From: a virus
Taxonomy: Duplodnaviria > Caudoviricetes
Reading direction: 5' to 3' (one strand)
IMG/VR virus record: IMGVR_UViG_3300048576_000022
Location: 1-39,782 of that record
DNA length: 39,782 nucleotides
Both the position numbers and the translations under genes were made by a program. The stretch's first letter is position 1. Every line of letters begins with the position of its first letter. A model generated the notes under the pieces. That model saw nothing but the letters and a program-made list of their open reading frames with translations, did no database searches and was not told where the DNA came from. Below, one piece after another: positions 34,004-39,782 of this stretch.

Positions 34004-34165
34004 GATTCCTTTCGAGTTTCTTCTACGGCCTGCCTGAGATACATGGCCAGGTCTAAAGCTTCTTGATAAGCAAAGCGTTTCTTCCGTTGTTTGCTTTAAG
34101 CCTTTCGCCGTATTTGATTTCTCCGGCTCTTCAAGCGATATCGGCACGATTTCTATTCTGTCCAT
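34000..34165 (-). pseudogene. Fused, frameshifted gene remnants
   Basis: MDRIEIVPISLEE in one frame, GEIKYGERLKANNGRNAL in a second, AYQEALDLAMYLRQAVEE in the third. Confidence 0.6.
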
Positions 34166-34326
34166 TCCGACTCCTTTCTCTCGCACTCCTCGCACCTCAC
34201 CACGTCCCCGATCTCCAACGGCCGCTCGCCGTAGTACCACTCCCCGCACTCTTCGCACTCCAGCGGTTCAGGGCTGGATATGTCGGAGGCGGTGCAGCCG
34301 CATGGGAGATTGAAGCTGGAGGTCAT
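34153..34326 (-). CDS. 57-aa Zn-ribbon protein
   Basis: MTSSFNLPCGCTASDI...CEECG...CEEC; ATGA-coupled; below the ORF-track cutoff. Confidence 0.6.
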   Translation of the reverse strand: MTSSFNLPCGCTASDISSPEPLECEECGEWYYGERPLEIGDVVRCEECERKESEWTE

Positions 34327-34601
34327 AGAGTTTTCAAAATTTCGTCGATGAATTTGACGCGCTCGCGGGCGCCTACCTCGTCAATCGGCCACCAAAAGGC
34401 ACCATGCCAATCCGTCTCGGGGCGAATCATTTTTGATTTCATTGACTCGCAGATATCTGTTGTGATGAGGTTTTGCTTGTTGTGTAGCATGCTTATCGCC
34501 GTGCAGATTCCGTCGATTGTCAATCCGCTATTTTTTCCCGTCTCCGCATACCTATGAAACGCATCTCGTATCATTACCCAAGCTTCTTTTTCGGTCATCA
34601 T
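34323..34601 (-). CDS. Hypothetical protein, full-length member of a three-copy paralog family
   Basis: MMTEKEAW..I.DAF.RYA...GIC...WWP...GA.ER..FI. Confidence 0.7.
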   Translation of the reverse strand: MMTEKEAWVMIRDAFHRYAETGKNSGLTIDGICTAISMLHNKQNLITTDICESMKSKMIRPETDWHGAFWWPIDEVGARERVKFIDEILKTL

Positions 34602-35215
34602 AACCCAAGCACCTTTCGCAGATCCGGCGGTGAATATTTCGGCCCCTTGAGGATCTTCCCATCCGCTCTGTAGATCGGTTTTCCGTCAGCGCCAAGCTTG
34701 CTCATGTTGCTGCGGTGGACTTCTGCCAACCCGGCAGCTTTGTAGCGATGGAAGCCTAAGGCCAGGAACGCGCCGTCGAGAACAACTTGAATGTCAAGTA
34801 ATGCGTCAAAGATATTCGTGATCGCCTCCTTGACCTTTTCATCTTCCATGTCGAGATGCTGATCAAGATCTGAAAGGCTTTCGGCGGCTAGCAGCCATTC
34901 GTCAAGCTCTCCGTTTTCTTCTGAAATTAAATCCACGCGTAGCTGGTTAACTTTCTCGCTTGTGACGGAAAACTTTTCCTCTATCGGATGCCCGAAAGCG
35001 CGGTGAAACTCAGCGACCATTGAAAGCGAGCGGTCGATGGAGTTCCATTGAGCGATGGCTTCATCTTTGGAATTGCGAATTGGTCCAGTCGTCCAACACG
35101 ATTCGCAAACAACACCTCTTCGGTTATTCTCGTACGCGAATACCTGGACATTTGAATCACCGCAAAACGGGCACTGTAGCATTTTCTGATCGGTGGGGTT
35201 GTTTATCATTTCCAT
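34598..35215 (-). CDS. Lar-like Zn ribbon fused to NTP pyrophosphohydrolase (MazG/PRA-PH superfamily)
   Basis: CPFCG..CESC..GP....EAIAQWN, then VAEFHRAFG, LISEE..EL, DALLD, EVHRSNMSK..DGKILKGP.Y.PPDL. Confidence 0.85.
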   Translation of the reverse strand: MEMINNPTDQKMLQCPFCGDSNVQVFAYENNRRGVVCESCWTTGPIRNSKDEAIAQWNSIDRSLSMVAEFHRAFGHPIEEKFSVTSEKVNQLRVDLISEENGELDEWLLAAESLSDLDQHLDMEDEKVKEAITNIFDALLDIQVVLDGAFLALGFHRYKAAGLAEVHRSNMSKLGADGKPIYRADGKILKGPKYSPPDLRKVLGL

Positions 35216-35231
35216 TGTTAGTCTTTCTAAT

Positions 35232-35645
35232 TTAATCCGCCATCTTCGGCACATCCTTACCTCGCATCTCCGGGTGAATTATCGGCAGCACCCACGACAT
35301 GAATTCTTGGTATGAGTGTACGCATGTCGACCAGTGCCCTTTGCGATAGGCCCGTGCGTGCAGCGCGAGTTGTTCCGTTGTCAGCTTGCGATTCTTCGCC
35401 TTGCACTCGACAAGCAGCGTCAAGCCGTTATCCGCGAGTATCACAAAATCCCATTCCCCTGGCGTCCGCGTGGTTTTGCAGTCCATGCGGCTGTGTAACA
35501 CAATCCAGTCGCGGGAGTCGCACTCGTCCTTAATTTGCGCGTGCAGGTCGGACTCCATGTTCACCGGGTCAACGTGCTTCGCCGTGTCGCGTGTTGCCGC
35601 TTGGCGGGCTTCGTAGCTGTTGAGTTGCTCTTTGGTCCAGCGCAT
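35232..35645 (-). CDS. VRR-NUC domain nuclease
   Basis: ESDLHAQI, PGEWDF, LVECKA...LTTEQ. Confidence 0.8.
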   Translation of the reverse strand: MRWTKEQLNSYEARQAATRDTAKHVDPVNMESDLHAQIKDECDSRDWIVLHSRMDCKTTRTPGEWDFVILADNGLTLLVECKAKNRKLTTEQLALHARAYRKGHWSTCVHSYQEFMSWVLPIIHPEMRGKDVPKMAD

Positions 35646-35646
35646 A

Positions 35647-35925
35647 TCATTCCTCCCATTTACCGATGGTGCGGAGAAAGGCCTCGGCGCGTTGTACGGC
35701 TGATGCGCTAAGGATCGGCCACACGATTGTCCAATTAAGAGTTGTTCTGTATTCGTTGTTTTGATCCGGCGTGACCAGCTCGGCAAGCGCATGAGTGTAG
35801 TCAAGCCAACGTCCGTTCGAGTCGAGATGCTTCTCCGCCTCATGCATCGCGTTTAGGTCGTTTAGAAAATCTCGATCCATTCCGCACGCTTTCGCTATCG
35901 CCATTCGTTGTTTGAGTTTGTCCAT
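35647..35925 (-). CDS. Hypothetical phage protein
   Basis: AIAKACG..DFLNDLNAMHEAEK...ASAVQRAEAFLRTIG pattern. Confidence 0.7.
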   Translation of the reverse strand: MDKLKQRMAIAKACGMDRDFLNDLNAMHEAEKHLDSNGRWLDYTHALAELVTPDQNNEYRTTLNWTIVWPILSASAVQRAEAFLRTIGKWEE

Positions 35926-35926
35926 A

Positions 35927-36826
35927 TTATTCTGTTGTTGCCGCGAGCTTCGACAGCCACGCGGAATGAGCCTTTTCGATCACCTCGTTTTGCATCCAAT
36001 CAGCTATTCCAACCTCGGAGAATTTGTCCGCGTATCCCGGCCACTTGCCGGTTGCGGAGCACTCAGCGTAGCTCGCAACGTCAAGTGCGTTCTGCGATGA
36101 CCCGATTTCCAGCGTGCGCGGCGCTACCGGGTGAATTCCGATCAGGTAAGGCGGTTCTTTCTCAACCGCGATGAAAATGAACTTTGGTCGCACGCCATCG
36201 GGGTTAAGCTGGTTCCACCCGTCGCGATACCATGATGCCTGGGTCCAGTATCGCTGATCCTTCATGACCTTCTCAAACCCGCGCTTTGACGCGTGTCCTT
36301 TTTGGACGGTCTTTATGTCAATCAGGTAATTCGCAGGGTTTCCCGGAAGCCAGTCGAGGCGCATCTTGCGCATGATTCCGGTTTGCTGGTCTCTGAAAAA
36401 GCAACTGACCTCGCTGTGACCGACGCCAATCAAATCGCGGCAGTCAGGATCATTTGCGATCGACGCAACCATTCCATGAACCCGCTCGTAATCGCTCTCA
36501 GTGATGATGACCTGATTTTGCGCAAGCATTGACGCACGCCACATTTTGCCTTCACGCGTGCTGAACTTCATCTCTGCCGGCTTGATCGCGAGCTTCGGCA
36601 GCGGCCTGTCAGGCTCCAGGACCATGTGATGCACCAGCGTACCCATAAGCATGTCTGCTGTTTCCTCGCGCTCTTCGGTGAGGTAAACAGGGAGACACGC
36701 GGGTGGGTCCATGTGCTTCGACATGCTGTGAGACATGCCGTGTGCTCGGTGATATTCCGAGGCCGGAAGGCCGATGAAACAGCCTTCCTTGCCAGGAGCC
36801 CATTCGGATGCTTGTAGAAGATTCAT
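35927..36826 (-). CDS. RecE/exonuclease VIII-like PD-(D/E)XK exonuclease (DUF3799-like)
   Basis: GTLVHHMVLEP, SEVS, KMRLDWL..IDIKT, YWTQASWY, FIAVEKEPPY, WPGY; adjacent to recT. Confidence 0.88.
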   Translation of the reverse strand: MNLLQASEWAPGKEGCFIGLPASEYHRAHGMSHSMSKHMDPPACLPVYLTEEREETADMLMGTLVHHMVLEPDRPLPKLAIKPAEMKFSTREGKMWRASMLAQNQVIITESDYERVHGMVASIANDPDCRDLIGVGHSEVSCFFRDQQTGIMRKMRLDWLPGNPANYLIDIKTVQKGHASKRGFEKVMKDQRYWTQASWYRDGWNQLNPDGVRPKFIFIAVEKEPPYLIGIHPVAPRTLEIGSSQNALDVASYAECSATGKWPGYADKFSEVGIADWMQNEVIEKAHSAWLSKLAATTE

Positions 36827-37617
36827 GACGCCTTTTCAGCCAGCTTCAATGACGCTTTGACTTCTTCCGGCGAGACTTCAACCTCTGTTTTGTGCGTCTC
36901 GTTGTCCGGATAAATCACTTCCTCAGCATCAACGGATTTGCGCACGGCCTGGTCGCTGGTTAGCGCACGCTGCATTTCAACGCTCATGATTCCCCAATGG
37001 CTGAGCAGCGACTTGATGACGGTCTTTAGCGCCATTGCGTCAAAGTCCGTTTTCCATGGTGTTTCGTAGCCCTTCTGGTACGCTTGGCTGTAGCGTTTGG
37101 CGTGAGCTTCCACTTCTGCGCAAGACCAGTATTCGGCATGCTCATAGCCGTTCATCAGCTTGAAGTAAGCGGCGTATCCAATAACGTTGTCAGATGTGCG
37201 GCTTTTCAAGTTAAAGACAACCTCTCCGGTAAGCTCGTTCAGCCCCTCGAGTTCTCCTTCGTGAACAATGCAGCAGTTGAGAAACTTGTATTGCCCGGTC
37301 CGGATGGCGAGCTGAATGAATCCCTTGTAACCGAGCTGAAATTGGGCCTGGTCGCCGTAAGGAACTATGTGGGCAAACCCAAGGTTTGGGTCAATCGGAA
37401 GGTCGAGCGCTGCGGCTGTAATTGCGGCGGCAAAAACGGTGTTGGGGTCGCACTTCGCCAGCTTGGTCTTGCTCGAAATGAGCTGCACAAGTGACGCGAC
37501 AAACTGCGGAGCGCGGTCGTTCAGTAGCTGCCGAAACCTGTTCATGTATGACGGGTTCTCGGCGAGCTTCCGAAATGAAACTACGTTCTGTTGGTGGACT
37601 GTTAATTCGTTTGCCAT
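36823..37617 (-). CDS. recT: RecT family ssDNA-annealing recombinase
   Basis: AAALDLPIDPNLGFAHIVPY, QFQLGYKGFIQLAIRTGQY, PWKTDFDAMALKTVIK. Confidence 0.93.
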   Translation of the reverse strand: MANELTVHQQNVVSFRKLAENPSYMNRFRQLLNDRAPQFVASLVQLISSKTKLAKCDPNTVFAAAITAAALDLPIDPNLGFAHIVPYGDQAQFQLGYKGFIQLAIRTGQYKFLNCCIVHEGELEGLNELTGEVVFNLKSRTSDNVIGYAAYFKLMNGYEHAEYWSCAEVEAHAKRYSQAYQKGYETPWKTDFDAMALKTVIKSLLSHWGIMSVEMQRALTSDQAVRKSVDAEEVIYPDNETHKTEVEVSPEEVKASLKLAEKAS

Positions 37618-37636
37618 AAGTTTCGCTTTTGTTGTG

Positions 37637-37954
37637 TTACTTCTTCCTCCGCGCAGCAACCGCCGCACGAAAATTCTGTTTGCGTTTGATCTCGCGTTCT
37701 GCCACAGCCGCACGGGCCGACGATGTGATGGTATCGCGCATGCGGTGACGTTCCTTGATTCCGCGGTCAGCCATAAACTGCTTGTATCCGCGCCGCACGT
37801 CTTTGCACATCTTCGATAGCTGCGGAAAATTGAGCCCAGGCTCTTCGTCAACGGCGATTGATTCCATGCGCTGGCCGCGAGAGTAGAGCAGTTCGAAGGC
37901 CTCGGAGGTGGGCTCGGTGTATGGCGCTTCGTCGGTGTTGATGGTGTCTGGCAT
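37637..37954 (-). CDS. Hypothetical basic protein
   Basis: 105-aa ORF, TAATG-coupled to the upstream gene. Confidence 0.6.
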   Translation of the reverse strand: MPDTINTDEAPYTEPTSEAFELLYSRGQRMESIAVDEEPGLNFPQLSKMCKDVRRGYKQFMADRGIKERHRMRDTITSSARAAVAEREIKRKQNFRAAVAARRKK

Positions 37955-38310
37955 TAGAGTCCCTCCCCAACCGTGTATTCCTGGACGATGTGGACGCAGG
38001 CGATGCGGCCTTTAACTGCGCATGCATCGGCATAATCGCGGTTGGACCAATACGAAGCAGCGCCGTCTTGGTATATGTTGACCCACGTATCCAGCGTGCC
38101 GGGAACGTTGACGAGGTCGAGGTAATTGCGTCCGCTATATGTGTCCCACTCCCCGGTAGCGCGCCACGTTCTGCAGTAAGCAATGCCTTCGAACTCCTCT
38201 TTTCCGTAAACTGTCGGGATGTCTGATGCTGTTCTTTTGAATGACGCATCCCAGATCGTCACCTTTCCTCCCCGTCGTGTCTGAACTGGTTTTGTTAAGT
38301 CTAGTGCCAT
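37954..38310 (-). CDS. Hypothetical phage protein
   Basis: DLTKPVQTRRGGKVTI...W...G......DLVNVP...WVNIY pattern; AACTTATG start. Confidence 0.7.
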   Translation of the reverse strand: MALDLTKPVQTRRGGKVTIWDASFKRTASDIPTVYGKEEFEGIAYCRTWRATGEWDTYSGRNYLDLVNVPGTLDTWVNIYQDGAASYWSNRDYADACAVKGRIACVHIVQEYTVGEGL

Positions 38311-38350
38311 AAGTTGTGTTTATTATTGGTTTGATGTGTTTTGGAATCGG

Positions 38351-38590
38351 TTAAAAAGTTATCACCGCTTCATTCGCTCCAAGCGTGAACACAAGCCTGC
38401 CGGGCTCGCTGCTTGCGAGTTTCAGCGCCTCAGTTTCGTCAGTGGTGAATGTCACCGCCTGCCCGGCTTGCATGTTGGGAATCGCAGCTTTTAGCAGCTC
38501 TACGGCTGTATCGATCTCGTTGCAGACAACCAGTGCACCGAGTAGTGCGTCGGACAGGAACGAGAGCTTGTTTAGTGGTTTTGATGTCAT
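38351..38590 (-). CDS. Hypothetical protein
   Basis: 79-aa ORF with AACTTATG start. Confidence 0.65.
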   Translation of the reverse strand: MTSKPLNKLSFLSDALLGALVVCNEIDTAVELLKAAIPNMQAGQAVTFTTDETEALKLASSEPGRLVFTLGANEAVITF

Positions 38591-38593
38591 AAG

Positions 38594-39025
38594 TTATTCT
38601 TTCTCCGGCTCGACTTCTTTGTATCCCACACTGTCCCGATAGAGCCACTTTCCGGACGGGGTATCGCAGATCAGCCAGCGCATCCCGTAGATGTTGGCGA
38701 TTGCGCTTTCAAGCATCGGAGATTCTGCTCTCGAATATGGCCCGGCAAGCAGCGTGAGCTTTCCTTGTTCCATGTGGGTAGGGGCGCTGTCAAGTTCCAC
38801 ATAGTTAGAGGATCTAATCCAGATTCCGCGCACCCAATCAGGCATGTAGTGCAGCACGCGAACACAGGCAGCGATCATCTCTCTTTTGCTTCCGTCTCCG
38901 CAGTAGTGCATCTGGTTAATTTGCTCAGGAGCGAGCCGCGCCAACTGATCGAAGCTTTCGACGCCCGCTTGGTCAAGCACGCGGGCTGTTCTGGCACTGA
39001 AGTTGTAAGTTTGGATTGGTGTCAT
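38594..39025 (-). CDS. Protein with RNA polymerase alpha-CTD-like domain
   Basis: NFSARTARVLDQAGVESFDQLARLAPEQINQMHYCGDGSKREM matches the alpha-CTD pattern LSVR..N.L..AGI....DL.......L.....G..S..EI. Confidence 0.7.
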   Translation of the reverse strand: MTPIQTYNFSARTARVLDQAGVESFDQLARLAPEQINQMHYCGDGSKREMIAACVRVLHYMPDWVRGIWIRSSNYVELDSAPTHMEQGKLTLLAGPYSRAESPMLESAIANIYGMRWLICDTPSGKWLYRDSVGYKEVEPEKE

Positions 39026-39033
39026 TGCTTTAA

Positions 39034-39782
39034 TTAATAAGCTTCAGCTTCTTCTCGCGTGATGAAAAAATGAATTCCAGACGCGCACTCAATGCGCGGA
39101 TCGTCGTTGAACGGATCAGCAGGTTTGACTGTTTCCCCGATTCTATAAATGAACCCGTCCGCGTGTTTGCTCTCGCCTTCTCCTTCGAGGACAACGGCAA
39201 ATTCTGCGCGACATTTGCGACCAATAAGCCCACCAACACGCTTTGCTTCCGATGGTATTTTTAGTTTGCAAATCACGCCGGACCGCAACTTCTTCCAACC
39301 GATCAGCTCGCCAGCCGGAAGAATTGTTCTCGCTGGAAGCAAGTGCTCCCAGTTGTCCGCGCCGCAGAGGTTCGCGCCTTCGAGGTCCGCGCTACGGAGG
39401 TTCGCGCCTTCGAGGTCCGCGCCGCAGAGGTCCGCGCCGCAGAGGTTCGCGCCGCAGAGGTTCGCGCTACGGAGGTCCGCGCTACGGAGGTCCGCGCTAC
39501 GGAGGTCCGCGCCGCAGAGGTCCGCGCCGCAGAGGTCCGCGCCTTCGAGGTCCGCGCCGCAGAGGTCCGCGCCGCAGAGGTTCGCGCCGCAGAGGTCCGC
39601 GCTACGGAGGTCCGCGCCGCAGAGGTCCGCGCCGCAGAGGTTCGCGCTACGGAGGTCCGCGCTACGGAGGTCCGCGCTACGGAGGTCCGCGCTACGGAGG
39701 TCCGCGCTACGGAGGTCCGCGCTACGGAGGTCCGCGCTACGGAGGTCCGCGCTACGGAGGTCCGCGCTACGGAGGTCCGCGC
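39034..39782 (-). CDS. Pentapeptide-repeat protein, repeat region plus C-terminal DUF5758-like domain (3' part of the gene starting at 269)
   Basis: [15 protein letters not shown] units in frame with GELIGWKK...KLKIPSEAKR...RKCRAEFA...ECASGIHFFITREEAEAY*. Confidence 0.9.
   Translation of the reverse strand, partial: ADLRSADLRSADLRSADLRSADLRSADLRSADLRSADLRSADLRSANLCGADLCGADLRSADLCGANLCGADLCGADLEGADLCGADLCGADLRSADLRSADLRSANLCGANLCGADLCGADLEGANLRSADLEGANLCGADNWEHLLPARTILPAGELIGWKKLRSGVICKLKIPSEAKRVGGLIGRKCRAEFAVVLEGEGESKHADGFIYRIGETVKPADPFNDDPRIECASGIHFFITREEAEAY
39356..39782. repeat. 15-bp tandem repeat, ~28 units, several variants
   Basis: t(c/t)cgcg + ctacgg/ccgcag/ccttcg + agg units; perfect run 39656-39782. 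Confidence 0.97.

Noticed and set aside
1-39782. Alternative genetic code or stop-codon reassignment
   Set aside because: Long conserved genes (terminase, portal, capsid, RecT) are uninterrupted in the standard code; fragmentation is local and caused by frameshifts.

Overview
This window is most likely a complete ~39.7 kb tailed dsDNA phage genome (lambda-like siphovirus layout), opened inside a 15-bp tandem repeat. A minus-strand pentapeptide-repeat gene starts at 269 and finishes at 39034, so the two ends join. Almost all genes are on the minus strand. In transcription order they are: early/recombination/replication genes (RNAP alpha-CTD-like protein, RecT, RecE-like exonuclease, VRR-NUC nuclease, Lar-like Zn ribbon fused to an NTP pyrophosphohydrolase, DNA methyltransferases, initiator, DnaC-like loader); terminase small and large subunits; head (lambda-type portal, S49 protease, capsid); tail (tube, short tape measure, tip); a run of six genes with N-terminal signal peptides that includes the tail-spike-like depolymerase; and an alpha/beta-hydrolase where an endolysin would normally be. 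A small plus-strand island (3713-5744) holds one half of a divergent ribbon-helix-helix pair and two duplicated, apparently leaderless promoters, and it is followed by a ~310-nt hairpin-dense element. One atypical CAU tRNA is present. No integrase, ParA, protelomerase, DNA polymerase, peptidoglycan hydrolase, CRISPR array or reverse transcriptase was recognised. A Verrucomicrobiota/PVC host is my inference, from the scarcity of Shine-Dalgarno sites and the TN-rich exported proteins. All family assignments come from motif recognition by eye, not database searches.
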